Shown: one piece after another, positions 9,599 to 21,395 of the stretch | How positions within the stretch are numbered: position 1 is the first letter of the stretch | Layout of the letters: every line of letters starts with the position of its first letter | Assembly: GCF_025628885.1 (NCBI RefSeq) | Contig: NZ_JAOTIF010000001.1 | Location: forward strand, 763,751 to 787,750 | Origin: Paraflavisolibacter caeni | GTDB taxonomy: Bacteria > Bacteroidota > Bacteroidia > Chitinophagales > Chitinophagaceae | Direction: 5' to 3' | DNA length: 24,000 nt | Translations under genes and position numbers: made by a program | The notes under the pieces: generated by a model | The model's database searches: none | Told to the model about the DNA's origin: nothing | Seen by the model: only the letters and a program-made list of their open reading frames with translations

Positions 9599-10597
9599 AT
9601 GACCATACGCAATAACTGGACGCTCCAGGAAGTATCCGAAATTTATAACCGGCCTTTATTGGACCTGGTTTTCCAGGCAGCACAGGTGCACAGAGAAAAT
9701 AATGCTTATAGTGAAGTGCAGGTGAGCAGCCTTATTTCAATAAAAACAGGTGGATGCACGGAAGATTGTGCCTACTGTCCACAGGCTGCCCGGTATAATA
9801 CTGATGTCCATGTACATGCGCTGATGCCGCTGGAAAAAGTAGTAGCGCATGCACAGAATGCAAAAGCCAATGGTGCCTCCAGGATCTGTATGGGCGCATC
9901 ATGGAGAGAAGTACGGGACAACCGTGATTTTGACAGGGTACTTGAAATGGTAACCGCTGTCAATGAAATGGGCGTTGAAGTATGCTGCACGCTGGGTATG
10001 TTGACGTATGAACAGGCGGAAAAATTAAAGGCTGCAGGTTGTTTTGCTTACAACCATAATGTAGATACCTCGGAAGATTATTACACAGAAATCATCTCCA
10101 CCCGTACCTATGATGACAGGCTGCATACATTAGAGAACGTACGTAAGGCTAAACTGACTGTATGCAGTGGTGGTATTATCGGGTTGGGTGAAACCAATGA
10201 AGACCGGATCAAGATGTTGCACACACTAGCCACCTTACCGGTACATCCGGATTCAGTTCCCATCAATGCATTGGTACCAGTAAAAGGGACTCCATTGGAA
10301 CACAACAAGCGGGTAGGTATCGATGAAATGCTCCGCATGATCGCGACTGCAAGAATCATCATGCCCAAAAGTGTTGTGCGCCTTTCCGCAGGCAGAAATG
10401 AAATGAGCCTGGCGGAGCAAGCACTTTGCTTTATGGCGGGTGCCAATTCGATCTTTTCTGGCGAAAAGTTGCTCACGACTCCGAACCCCGACGTCAACGA
10501 AGACAGGCTGATGTTCCAGTTGTTGGGGCTAACACCCAGGGCTCCGTTTAAGGATGTACAGCAGGAACATGCTCATTTGGTGTCAGAAAAGGGATGA
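9599..10597 (+). CDS. bioB: Biotin synthase (radical SAM)
   Basis: [14 protein letters not shown] (CxxxCxxC) and [22 protein letters not shown] are BioB signatures. The ORF-track start at 9551 lies upstream of the candidate promoter; [12 protein letters not shown] at 9599 is preferred. Confidence 0.97.
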   Translation: MTIRNNWTLQEVSEIYNRPLLDLVFQAAQVHRENNAYSEVQVSSLISIKTGGCTEDCAYCPQAARYNTDVHVHALMPLEKVVAHAQNAKANGASRICMGASWREVRDNRDFDRVLEMVTAVNEMGVEVCCTLGMLTYEQAEKLKAAGCFAYNHNVDTSEDYYTEIISTRTYDDRLHTLENVRKAKLTVCSGGIIGLGETNEDRIKMLHTLATLPVHPDSVPINALVPVKGTPLEHNKRVGIDEMLRMIATARIIMPKSVVRLSAGRNEMSLAEQALCFMAGANSIFSGEKLLTTPNPDVNEDRLMFQLLGLTPRAPFKDVQQEHAHLVSEKG

Positions 10598-10604
10598 GCG
10601 CGCC

Positions 10605-11738
10605 ATGATCCACACTCATTTGATAGATGAATACCTGTCTCAATCTTTGCAGAAAAGAGAGCAGGAAGGATTGCTGCGTCAATTAGCCTGCAATGAGGGG
10701 CTGATTGATTTTTGTTCCAATGATTATTTGGGATTGGCACAATCAAACTTATTGAGCCTGGATGGTACCGGATCACAAGAAGAGATGGCCTCCGGATCAA
10801 CAGGTTCCAGGCTTGTTTCCGGCAACTCTCCGTTAGCTGAAAAAACAGAACGCATAGTTGCCGGCTTTCACCATGCAGAAGCTGCACTTTTGTTCAATAC
10901 AGGTTATATGGCCAACCTGGGTTTGTGTTCCTGCATTGCCGATAAGCATAGCGTATTTATCTACGATGAACATATTCATGCAAGCATTATTGATGGCATG
11001 CGCCTAAGCCTGGCAAAACGCTTTAAGTTCAAACACAATGATGTGGATGATCTTCGCAAGAAGTTGAAGCAGGCGGAAGGAAAAGTATATGTTGTTATTG
11101 AATCGCTCTACTCAATGGATGGTGACCTGGCGCCTTTGCAGGAAATTTCAGATGTATGCAAAGAGCATAAGGCTGCATTGATCGTAGACGAAGCTCATGC
11201 TGTTGGTATCTATGGTGATCAGGGCAGGGGCTTGGTATGTCATCATCAGTTGGAAAACGATGTATGGGCACGCATCATCACCTTTGGCAAAGCACTTGGT
11301 TGTCATGGGGCCGCAGTGGTGGGTAGTTCCCTGCTGCGTGATTATTTGATCAATCATGCCCGCTCGTTTATTTACACAACTGCTATGCCTCCACATGCCT
11401 TTATAGTGATTCAAAGGTCATACCAGGAAATGGCAGTTGCACAAAGGGAAAAGCTGTTTGGGCTCATTCATCATTTTCAAAAAGTTGCCAGGGAGACATC
11501 AATAGAAGATGTACGCTTCCTGCTCAATCCTTCTCCGATACAGGGTGTTATCGTGCCGGGTAATGAACGGGTGAAACGGCTGGCCGAGTACGTAAGGCAA
11601 CAGGGTTTTTTTATGAAAGCTATTTTGTCGCCTACTGTGCCGGCAGGTTCCGAAAGGTTACGCATTTGCCTGCATGCTTTTAATTCTTGCAGGCAAATTG
11701 ATCAATTATTGACAGCCATAAAATTATTTTTAACATGA
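10605..11738 (+). CDS. bioF: 8-amino-7-oxononanoate synthase
   Basis: PLP-dependent alpha-oxoamine synthase motifs DFCSNDYLGLA, GSRLVSGNSPL, VDEAHAVGIYGDQGRG, TFGKALGCHGAAVVGS. Start at the ATG at 10605 rather than 10554. Confidence 0.95.
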   Translation: MIHTHLIDEYLSQSLQKREQEGLLRQLACNEGLIDFCSNDYLGLAQSNLLSLDGTGSQEEMASGSTGSRLVSGNSPLAEKTERIVAGFHHAEAALLFNTGYMANLGLCSCIADKHSVFIYDEHIHASIIDGMRLSLAKRFKFKHNDVDDLRKKLKQAEGKVYVVIESLYSMDGDLAPLQEISDVCKEHKAALIVDEAHAVGIYGDQGRGLVCHHQLENDVWARIITFGKALGCHGAAVVGSSLLRDYLINHARSFIYTTAMPPHAFIVIQRSYQEMAVAQREKLFGLIHHFQKVARETSIEDVRFLLNPSPIQGVIVPGNERVKRLAEYVRQQGFFMKAILSPTVPAGSERLRICLHAFNSCRQIDQLLTAIKLFLT

Positions 11739-12379
11739 ACCTGGTAGTTGCAGGCATCCATACAGGTATAGGTAAAACTGTTTGTTCTGCAGTCATGGTC
11801 CAGGCACTTGGATATGATTATTGGAAACCAGTGCAGGCCGGAGACCTTGATGCATCTGATAGTTTGTTTATCAAAAAGAATGTTGTCAATAATGATATCA
11901 ATATTCACCAGGAAGCATTTTGCCTGACACAAGCAGCATCTCCGCATTATGCTGCAAAAGAGGATCAGGTTTCTATTACGCTGGAAGGGATTACGATACC
12001 CTCTTCGGATCTTCCTATTATTGTAGAAACAGCTGGTGGTGTGATGACACCTTTGAGTGAATCTTTATTGAATATTGATTTGATCAGACATTTAAATCTT
12101 CCTGTAGTATTGGTTTCCAACAATTACTTAGGAAGCATCAATCATACTTTACTGAGTGTACAGGCATTGAGTCTTGCAGGTGCACGCCCACTGGGCATTG
12201 TGTTTAGTGGTGAAGAGGTTTTGTCTACAAGAGAATTTATTCTTCAATATACAGGTTTGCCTTTGCTCTTTTCCATCCCGCAGTTTGAACAATTGAACAA
12301 GGAAACCATTGCTGAATTTGCTACATCTATTTCTGGCGATCTAAAAACAAAGCTTTATGAACTGGGCAGAGAAAGATAA
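11735..12379 (+). CDS. bioD: ATP-dependent dethiobiotin synthetase
   Basis: N-terminal P-loop GIHTGIGKT, KPVQAGDLD, VETAGGVMTPL; overlaps bioF by 4 nt. Confidence 0.95.
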   Translation: MNLVVAGIHTGIGKTVCSAVMVQALGYDYWKPVQAGDLDASDSLFIKKNVVNNDINIHQEAFCLTQAASPHYAAKEDQVSITLEGITIPSSDLPIIVETAGGVMTPLSESLLNIDLIRHLNLPVVLVSNNYLGSINHTLLSVQALSLAGARPLGIVFSGEEVLSTREFILQYTGLPLLFSIPQFEQLNKETIAEFATSISGDLKTKLYELGRER

Positions 12380-13646
12380 AGCGTACATATGGCATCCATT
12401 CACACAGATGAAGTTAGCCGGTGAGGCTATTCATATCGAAAGAGCAGAAGGTTGTTACCTGTATAGCTCTAATGGAGATCAATACCTGGACGGCATTTCA
12501 TCCTGGTGGGTCAACATACATGGACATGCCCATCCTTACATAGCAGAGAAGATTGCACAGCAATGTCTTCAGTTAGAGCATGTGATCTTTGCGGGGTTTA
12601 CCCATACGCCTGCTATTAAACTTGCTGAAAAATTATTAGCACTATTACCAGGAAGTTTTTCCAAAGTATTTTATTCTGATAATGGTTCCACTGCAGTTGA
12701 GGTGGCCTTGAAAATGGCGTTGCAGTACTGGTATAATAAGGGTGAGATTGGAAAGACTAAGATCATCGCGTTTGAAGATGCTTATCATGGAGATACATTC
12801 GGCGCTATGTCTGTAGGGGCAAGAAGTGTATTTACTGCAGCCTTCCAGGAGTTGTTGTTTGATGTAGTGCATATCCCTCTTCCTTCTGATGACAATATTG
12901 ATCAATGCACAGAAATGCTGCAGCAAATGACTTCGAAAGGAGATGTGGCTGCTTTTATTTTTGAACCCCTGGTATTGGGGGCAGCAGGCATGAAGATGTA
13001 CAAGCCGGAACATTTGGATATGCTACTTGCTGTGGCCAAAAGAAATGGTGTTTTATGTATTGCAGATGAAGTGATGACAGGCTTCGGGCGTAGCGGGAAG
13101 AACTTTGCTATTGAACACCTGGTTCATAGACCGGATATTATTTGTTTATCCAAAGGGATTACCGGTGGCTTTTTGCCTTTGTCTGTAACTATATGCACTG
13201 AAGATATTTATCAGGCTTTTTATTCCGATGAAGCAACGAAGGCATTGTTTCATGGGCACTCTTATACTGCTAATCCGGTAGCCTGTGCAGCAGCCCTGGC
13301 GAGTATGGAAATATTGACGCAGCCGGAGACGCAGCAACAAATCAGGCTGATTGCGCAGGAGCATCATTCCTTTCTTCAAAATATCAAGGATCATCCTTTC
13401 ATTAAAGGTGCGCGGCAGACAGGAACTATACTGGCACTGGAAATCAAGACGACAGAAAATACTTCTTACTTTAATTTGATCAGGGATGATGCTTACAACT
13501 TTTGCCTTGGTAAAGGCGTGTTGTTACGTCCGCTGGGAAACATCATTTATTTCATGCCGCCATATTGTATTACACAAACTGAATTGCAACTTGTATATGG
13601 TGTAATCATAGACATGTTGCATTATTTACAAGAAAAATATACTTAA
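12357..13646 (+). CDS. bioA: Adenosylmethionine-8-amino-7-oxononanoate aminotransferase
   Basis: IWHPFTQMK, SSWWVNIHGHAHPYIAEKIAQQ, ADEVMTGFGRSGKNFAIEH, CLSKGITGGFLPLSVT. Confidence 0.97.
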   Translation: MNWAEKDKAYIWHPFTQMKLAGEAIHIERAEGCYLYSSNGDQYLDGISSWWVNIHGHAHPYIAEKIAQQCLQLEHVIFAGFTHTPAIKLAEKLLALLPGSFSKVFYSDNGSTAVEVALKMALQYWYNKGEIGKTKIIAFEDAYHGDTFGAMSVGARSVFTAAFQELLFDVVHIPLPSDDNIDQCTEMLQQMTSKGDVAAFIFEPLVLGAAGMKMYKPEHLDMLLAVAKRNGVLCIADEVMTGFGRSGKNFAIEHLVHRPDIICLSKGITGGFLPLSVTICTEDIYQAFYSDEATKALFHGHSYTANPVACAAALASMEILTQPETQQQIRLIAQEHHSFLQNIKDHPFIKGARQTGTILALEIKTTENTSYFNLIRDDAYNFCLGKGVLLRPLGNIIYFMPPYCITQTELQLVYGVIIDMLHYLQEKYT

Positions 13647-13663
13647 GTTTTAAAACACTAATC

Positions 13664-14272
13664 ATGCAAGCACTATTACATAAAATCATTGAGCAGCCTG
13701 AACTTCATGCTTATTGGCTGAATACATTGTCCATGATGGAAAATGTAGGAGCCAAAAAGATCAAGAAGTGTGAGCACCCGATTTTCGTTAATGAAGTGAT
13801 CTTAAAACATGCATCAGAAGAAGCCAGGCATGCTTTTTACTTGAAAAAGCAAATACAAAAGATCCGCAAAGATGCATGTCCTACTTATGAATGGCAGTAC
13901 CTGTTAGCTCCTAAATCAAGTTATGCTTATTTGAATCAATTGGACATTGATGTTTGTCGCTATTTAAAATCGAAGCATGAGTTGAAGCATGAGCGTTTAA
14001 AATATGCAGCTTACCTGTTGGTGACCTATGCCATTGAAGTAAGAGCCGATGAATTATATCCCATTTACCAGGATGTGTTACGTGCATATAAGAGTCCTGT
14101 AAGTGTGCGCAACATCATTGCTGAAGAACAGAATCACCTGGAAGAAATGGAAAAGCAACTGAAAGCTTTTTCAAGTGAGTGGGAAGAAATGTGCCGTGTA
14201 GTTCGTGAAATTGAAAGCAAGTTACATAGTGTGTGGATCGAGAATTTACATCAAGAGCTCGGGTTGTCGTAG
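13664..14272 (+). CDS. Ferritin-like diiron-type protein, function unknown, last gene of the biotin operon
   Basis: 202 aa helical protein with spaced E...ExxH...E...ExxH ligands: E26, E53-A-R-H56, E125 (or E130), E155-Q-N-H158. Starts 18 nt after bioA. Confidence 0.7.
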   Translation: MQALLHKIIEQPELHAYWLNTLSMMENVGAKKIKKCEHPIFVNEVILKHASEEARHAFYLKKQIQKIRKDACPTYEWQYLLAPKSSYAYLNQLDIDVCRYLKSKHELKHERLKYAAYLLVTYAIEVRADELYPIYQDVLRAYKSPVSVRNIIAEEQNHLEEMEKQLKAFSSEWEEMCRVVREIESKLHSVWIENLHQELGLS

Positions 14273-14297
14273 TAATGCTTCCCAATCCGGATAAAGT

Positions 14298-14333
14298 ACA
14301 ACCCTGGCCTCCGGGAACAGATGCCAGGGTTGT
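14298..14333. terminator. Candidate hairpin between the convergent bio and thi operons
   Basis: Perfect 11-bp inverted repeat ACAACCCTGGC (14298-14308) / GCCAGGGTTGT (14323-14333) with a 14-nt loop, between the stop codons at 14272 (+) and 14339 (-). No clear U-tract on either side. Confidence 0.55.
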
Positions 14334-14338
14334 TACAT

Positions 14339-15469
14339 TCAGGAAAAGAGTTTATTGGACTGGAAGTTTTTATCCCAATCTTTCCATATTGGTTCATAAC
14401 CTTGCTTTTCAATGATTGTAGCCATTTCTGCGGCAGATCGCTCGTCGCTGATCTCGAACTGTTCCAGAGTGTCGGGGTCAACAGAATAGCCACCAGGATT
14501 GGTTTTAGAGCCTGCACTTATAGTGGTTGTTCCCAGTTTTAATATATGGTTCCTGAATTTTTCAGTCTCTCTTGTTGATATAGATATTTCTACATCTTCA
14601 TTGAGTAATCTGTAGGCACAGATCAACTGTACCAGCTCCCTGTCTTTGATCAGGTGGTCTGTAATATCAACACCTTCTGCAGGCCTGATCCGCGGGAAAG
14701 AAATGGAATATTTTGTCTGCCAGTATCTCTTCTGCAAGTAATCCAGGTGCAAAGCACAAAAGAAGCTATCCGTGCGCCAGTCTTCAAGTCCCAGCAACAC
14801 ACCAAGGCCAATTTTATGCATGCCTGCCCGGCCTATACGGTCTGGTGTTTCCAGTCGGTAATAGAAGTTAGACTTCTTGCCTTTCAAATGGTAATTCCTG
14901 TATGCTTCTTTGTGGTAGGTTTCCTGGTACACCAGCACAGAGTAAACACCTGCTTCATGAAGGGTTTTATATTCATCCTGCTCCAGTGGTTGCACTTCGA
15001 TGGATATGTTGGCAAAATGAGGCTTGATGATGTCTATCGCTTTTAGAAAATAATCCACATGCACGGTATGGTTGGCTTCGCCTGTGACCAGTAAGATATG
15101 CTGAAAGCCGTGCTTTTTGATCTCATTGATCTCCTGTAAGATCTCTGCGGCAGAAAGGGTTTTGCGTTTGATCTTATTGTTAAAGCTAAAGCCACAGTAG
15201 GTGCAAATGTTATTACATTCATTACTCAGGTACATGGGTGCGAAGAGCTGAATGGTATTGCCAAAACGTTTTTGGGTTGTTTGGTGGCTTATTTGGGCCA
15301 TTCGCTCCAGGTAGGGTTCAGCGGCAGGGGAGATCAAGGCTTTGAAGTCTTCCAGTGTACGCCTGGGGGCAGCTAAAGCAGCTTCCACATCTGCTTCCGT
15401 TTTCAGCAAAATAGATGAAGCAACTTCATCCCAGTTATAGCGGTCGAAATGCTCTTTAAAGGTCATCAT
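14339..15469 (-). CDS. thiH: 2-iminoacetate synthase (tyrosine lyase), radical SAM
   Basis: [27 protein letters not shown] (CxxxCxxC), [18 protein letters not shown]; next to thiG. Confidence 0.96.
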   Translation of the reverse strand: MMTFKEHFDRYNWDEVASSILLKTEADVEAALAAPRRTLEDFKALISPAAEPYLERMAQISHQTTQKRFGNTIQLFAPMYLSNECNNICTYCGFSFNNKIKRKTLSAAEILQEINEIKKHGFQHILLVTGEANHTVHVDYFLKAIDIIKPHFANISIEVQPLEQDEYKTLHEAGVYSVLVYQETYHKEAYRNYHLKGKKSNFYYRLETPDRIGRAGMHKIGLGVLLGLEDWRTDSFFCALHLDYLQKRYWQTKYSISFPRIRPAEGVDITDHLIKDRELVQLICAYRLLNEDVEISISTRETEKFRNHILKLGTTTISAGSKTNPGGYSVDPDTLEQFEISDERSAAEMATIIEKQGYEPIWKDWDKNFQSNKLFS

Positions 15470-16232
15470 ATAAGAATTCAGTTAATGGACTTGAGGCAAT
15501 GGCACCTTTTATTGCTTTAGACAGTTTGGCCTCATAGGCCATTCTGCCGGCTTCTACAGCCAGTTTAAAAGCTGAAGCCATTTGTACAGGGTTGCCTGCC
15601 ACAGCTATGGCCGTATTAACCAGCACTGCATCAGCTCCCATTTCCATTGCTTTAGCCGCATGGGAAGGTGCGCCAATACCCGCATCAATAATTACAGGTA
15701 CATTACTTTGTTCAATGATGATCTCTAAAAAATCAAATGTTTTTAACCCTTTGTTACTGCCAATAGGTGAGCCCAATGGCATCACTGCAGCTGTTCCTGC
15801 TTCTTCCAACCTTTTACACAAAACCGGGTCGGCATGTATATAAGGGAGAACAATAAATCCCAGTTTTGCCAATTCTTCAGTGGCTTTTAAAGTTTCGATG
15901 GGATCAGGCAATAGGTATTTAGGGTCTGGATGGATCTCCAGCTTTACCAAGTTTGTTTCCAATGCTTCCCTGGCCAGTTGGGCAGCAAATACTGCTTCTT
16001 TAGCATTGCGTACTCCGGAAGTATTGGGCAGTAAGTTGATGTGCGGATGATGCAGATGTGCCAACAGAGAATCTGTTTCTGTTTCGAAATCGATCCGTTT
16101 CATGGCCACAGTAACCAGTTCTGTTCCTGAAGCCAGTACAGCTTCTTCCATTCTTTGTGGAGAGCCGAATTTGCCGGTGCCTAAAAAAAGCCGTGAATTG
16201 AACTGGCAATTACCTATTGTAAGCTTTTGCAT
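15456..16232 (-). CDS. thiG: Thiazole synthase
   Basis: [46 protein letters not shown]-type motif ([13 protein letters not shown]), [40 protein letters not shown]. Confidence 0.97.
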   Translation of the reverse strand: MQKLTIGNCQFNSRLFLGTGKFGSPQRMEEAVLASGTELVTVAMKRIDFETETDSLLAHLHHPHINLLPNTSGVRNAKEAVFAAQLAREALETNLVKLEIHPDPKYLLPDPIETLKATEELAKLGFIVLPYIHADPVLCKRLEEAGTAAVMPLGSPIGSNKGLKTFDFLEIIIEQSNVPVIIDAGIGAPSHAAKAMEMGADAVLVNTAIAVAGNPVQMASAFKLAVEAGRMAYEAKLSKAIKGAIASSPLTEFLYDDL

Positions 16233-16851
16233 ACAAGGAAGAATTTAGTTGTTGAACAATTTGTTTTTTATGGTCGTGATGAGTGATGGCTCCTGAAATG
16301 GCTATGCCGTAGAGGCCTGTTTGCATGATGGACTCAACATCTTCAGGCAGTATGCCGCCAATTGCATAAAGAGGTATACTGATACCCTCTGCGTTCATTT
16401 TATTGATCAATATTTCATAACCTGGTAACCCTAAAACAGGACTTAGCTTTTCCTTGGTCTTCGTAAAACGGAAAGGCCCTACACCTACATAATGACAGCC
16501 TTCCCGGTAGCGCTGCAGCACATCTTCAAAAGTATTGGCAGTGCCTCCGATGATCATTTGATCACCAACGATCTTTTTTGCTTCCGCTACAGGCATATCC
16601 TGCAAACCCAGGTGTACGCCATCTGCATGCACAGCCTTTGCAATGTCGGCGTGGTCATTTACGATGAAAGTGGCTTCGAGATCATAACATAATTTTCTTG
16701 CAATTGCTGCTACTTTCAGGAGTTCTGATGGTTGGGCCTTTTTAAAGCGCAACTGAATCCAGGTGCAGCCACCATCCAGTGCTTCCTGGATATTTTTTAT
16801 TTGCTCATTGGCTGTATTACCTTGCGATATGTATTGAAGTTTAGAAAACAT
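16210..16851 (-). CDS. thiE: Thiamine-phosphate synthase
   Basis: [76 protein letters not shown]. Confidence 0.94.
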   Translation of the reverse strand: MFSKLQYISQGNTANEQIKNIQEALDGGCTWIQLRFKKAQPSELLKVAAIARKLCYDLEATFIVNDHADIAKAVHADGVHLGLQDMPVAEAKKIVGDQMIIGGTANTFEDVLQRYREGCHYVGVGPFRFTKTKEKLSPVLGLPGYEILINKMNAEGISIPLYAIGGILPEDVESIMQTGLYGIAISGAITHHDHKKQIVQQLNSSLYAKAYNR

Positions 16852-17596
16852 GATAACTTAAGAGTGAAGAGTTACTTAATAAAACTTTTTCCGTATAACT
16901 TTTTGCTTTTCTGCAGGCAGTGATCAAATCATTGCCTCTGGCTAGTTGTGCCGCGATCGCTGAAGAAAGAATGCAGCCAGACCCATGTTTTGGAAATATT
17001 TTCGAAGTGCCGGGATATAGCCTGGTCACTTCTGTTTTCATAAAAAGGTAATCAACGCCGGGTTCATCTTCATTATGGCCACCCTTTAATAAAACATTGC
17101 AGTATTGAGACAGTTTTTTTGCCGCTTCTATGGCGTCTGTCTCATTTACCAATTGAACGATTTCTTTGTAGTTTGGCGTGATCAATTCCAAATTCTGTAA
17201 TAGCTGGTACAATAGGATTTCATCAACCCCCTGCTGCCAAAAGCTGAATTCAGTTGTTGAGCGAATGACAGGATCCACAATGATCTTGATGTTGCTGCTT
17301 TTTTGATGAATCACAGAAACTAACTGGTGTAGTGATCCAAGGTTTTGTACGATACCGATCTTCACAGCGGCAACCTCGTAATGGGAAAGCATCCTGGATA
17401 CTGCATCCAGGATGTTTATATCTTTTTCCCATCGTATCGAGTAAAAAGCATTTTCTGTTTGCACAGTTTGGGCCGTTGATATGCCTAAGCCATACACTTC
17501 ATGTTGCTCGAAGACCTTGATGTCGGCAAGCAGACCTGCACCCCCACAGGGATCCAGGCCTGCAATACTCAACACTATAGGACGATTGAATTCCAT
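16841..17596 (-). CDS. thiD: Hydroxymethylpyrimidine/phosphomethylpyrimidine kinase
   Basis: VLSIAGLDPCGGAGLLADIKVF, TAQTVQT, VKIGIV, VDPVIRSTT, ITPNYKE, LLKGGH, GSGCILSSAIAAQLARG. Confidence 0.94.
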   Translation of the reverse strand: MEFNRPIVLSIAGLDPCGGAGLLADIKVFEQHEVYGLGISTAQTVQTENAFYSIRWEKDINILDAVSRMLSHYEVAAVKIGIVQNLGSLHQLVSVIHQKSSNIKIIVDPVIRSTTEFSFWQQGVDEILLYQLLQNLELITPNYKEIVQLVNETDAIEAAKKLSQYCNVLLKGGHNEDEPGVDYLFMKTEVTRLYPGTSKIFPKHGSGCILSSAIAAQLARGNDLITACRKAKSYTEKVLLSNSSLLSYHVF

Positions 17597-18174
17597 GTTT
17601 TTTTTATTTTTCGGAAACTTTTAACCGGATCATTGTTTTGCCAGACTGAACCTAATATTGCCACACCATGAAAGCCCATTTGCAAGGCATCCTCCAGGTT
17701 GTTTTCCCGGATTCCTCCAATCGCTATCAACTTTGTTCCTGGTGAAGGAAGCTTTGTTTCTTTTGAGATCGTGGATTCATATCCTTGCTTTGATATGCTG
17801 TTAAATACAGGGCCCAAAAAAGCATACGCAAAACAGCAGGATAAATTATCTGCTTCCTCTACCTGGTGGATAGAAGTCGTTAAGAGAAAACCACCCTGTT
17901 GTAATGCCTGCCATTCCACCTGGGTACTGCATCTTCTTTTTGACTCAGTATAGTGTAAGCGCATCGTCCCCAACATGCTTGCCAGATGATGATGCGCATG
18001 CAAGGATATTTTGCTCCGATGTTCAGGATCTACCTGTTCCACTAATTGTTGCAATGCTGATGCAGTTGCTTCCGGTTTGCGCAAATGGAAGATTTCCATG
18101 CCTTCATTAAATAAGGCATTGATCATCTCTGCTTCATTTTGGATCATTGCTGCATCAGAAATTACAATCAACAT
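17575..18174 (-). CDS. TenI/ThiE-family protein (second ThiE paralogue; possible thiazole tautomerase)
   Basis: MLIVISDA... FHLRKP... LLTTSIHQVEEAD... YAFLGPVFNSISKQGY... KLIAIGGIRENN. It lacks the canonical ThiE GVHLG segment. The ORF-track start at 18342 would overlap thiC; the ATG at 18174 lies just after the thiC stop. Confidence 0.75.
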   Translation of the reverse strand: MLIVISDAAMIQNEAEMINALFNEGMEIFHLRKPEATASALQQLVEQVDPEHRSKISLHAHHHLASMLGTMRLHYTESKRRCSTQVEWQALQQGGFLLTTSIHQVEEADNLSCCFAYAFLGPVFNSISKQGYESTISKETKLPSPGTKLIAIGGIRENNLEDALQMGFHGVAILGSVWQNNDPVKSFRKIKKTWNSIVL

Positions 18175-18175
18175 G

Positions 18176-20264
<2,089 letters not shown>

Positions 20265-20324
20265 TCCGGTATAAGGTTAAAAATTGACACTTTAGGAATG
20301 GACGAAACGAAGTAATATGGATCA

Positions 20325-20393
20325 CTTTTCCCTTCGCTGGCATTATCCAGATCAGGTTCGAGGGTATCATCTCAGCCTTTCGGCACCCCTAAA
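20325..20393 (-). promoter_or_regulatory. TPP riboswitch (THI element)
   Basis: The reverse complement reads AGGGGTGCCGAAAGGCTGAGATGATACCCTCGAACCTGATCTGGATAATGCCAGCGAAGGGAA, with the conserved GGGGTGC, CTGAGA, ACCC, GAACCTGATCTGG and TAATGCCAGCGAAGGGA blocks. It is directly upstream of thiS. Edges are approximate. Confidence 0.97.
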
Positions 20394-20400
20394 GTTGGCA

Positions 20401-20432
20401 CAAATGTAGGGGTAATGGATAAAACTCAGCAA
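20401..20432 (-). promoter_or_regulatory. Candidate Bacteroidota-type promoter for the thi operon
   Basis: On the minus strand TTG - 21 nt - TACATTTG (TAnnTTTG -7 consensus), ending about 10 nt before the riboswitch conserved core. Confidence 0.6.
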
Positions 20433-20489
20433 CAGGCCGCTTAAATTTTTATTTCATAAACTTGCAGGCTACAAGAAAATAAAATCAAT

Positions 20490-21338
20490 ATGAAGGCATT
20501 TTTAGGCATGGGATTGTTAGGTTCCAACTTTGTAAAAGCCATGATTAACAGGGGTGAACAAGTGCAGGTTTGGAACCGTACAACATCCAAAGCATTGGAG
20601 CTTGAAAAATTTGGAGCGAAGGCATTCAGTGATGTAAAGGATGCCGTGAAAGGGGCAAGCCTGGTTCATCTCACATTGAAAGATGATGCCTCAGTTGACG
20701 AAGTGTTGGAAGCTGCCAGTGAAGGATTTGCACCGGGTGTTATTATTTTAGACCATACGACTACCTCAAAAGAAGGAGCGATCAGGAGAACAAGGGAATG
20801 GAGGGAAAAAGGTTTCATTTATCAACATGCACCAGTATTCATGGGTCCTGTGAATGCATTGGAAGGTACAGGCTTTATTCTGTTGTCAGGTGACCAGGAT
20901 ATCATTGGTCAACTGGAGCCAGTATTATCCAAAATGACGGGCAAGCTGCTTCATTATGGACCCGAAGTGGGAAAAGCAGCGGCCATCAAACTTGTTGGCA
21001 ATGCATTCCTGGTGTGTTTGACAATTGGTTTAAGAGACACGCTTGCGTTGACAAAAGCGCTTGGCATTGCTACAGATGATTTGATGTCCCTCTTAGAATC
21101 CTGGAATCCGGGTACCCAGGTGCAGGCCAGGTTGAAAAGAATGACCGTTGGGGATGATACAAAGCCTTCCTGGGAGTTGGCTATGGCCAGAAAAGATACG
21201 CAATTGTTCCTGGAAGCTGCGCAACAAGGCGGGACGGATCTTGCGATCATTCCTGCAATTGCGGCCCTGATGGATCAATGGATCGCAAAAGGTTATGGAA
21301 ACCATGACTGGACCGTGGTAGGGAAGGAGTTTGCTTAA
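20490..21338 (+). CDS. NAD(P)-dependent oxidoreductase, 3-hydroxyisobutyrate dehydrogenase / glyoxylate reductase-like
   Basis: N-terminal Rossmann motif GLLGSNFVKAMINRGEQVQVWNRT, DHTTTSKEGA, FMGPVNALEG, and KAAAIKLVGNAF catalytic-lysine motif (VGKAAAIKLVGN). Confidence 0.88.
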   Translation: MKAFLGMGLLGSNFVKAMINRGEQVQVWNRTTSKALELEKFGAKAFSDVKDAVKGASLVHLTLKDDASVDEVLEAASEGFAPGVIILDHTTTSKEGAIRRTREWREKGFIYQHAPVFMGPVNALEGTGFILLSGDQDIIGQLEPVLSKMTGKLLHYGPEVGKAAAIKLVGNAFLVCLTIGLRDTLALTKALGIATDDLMSLLESWNPGTQVQARLKRMTVGDDTKPSWELAMARKDTQLFLEAAQQGGTDLAIIPAIAALMDQWIAKGYGNHDWTVVGKEFA

Positions 21339-21395
21339 CACCATTCGTCAATAGTAAAGGTGATTTTTAAATTCGTTATGAGCTTTTGCGATTTT

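Noticed and set aside
14233-14542. + strand ORFs 14233-14415 and 14321-14542 at the bio/thi convergence as small genes
   Set aside because: They span the intergenic hairpin and the thiH coding region antisense, with no ribosome-binding or family evidence.
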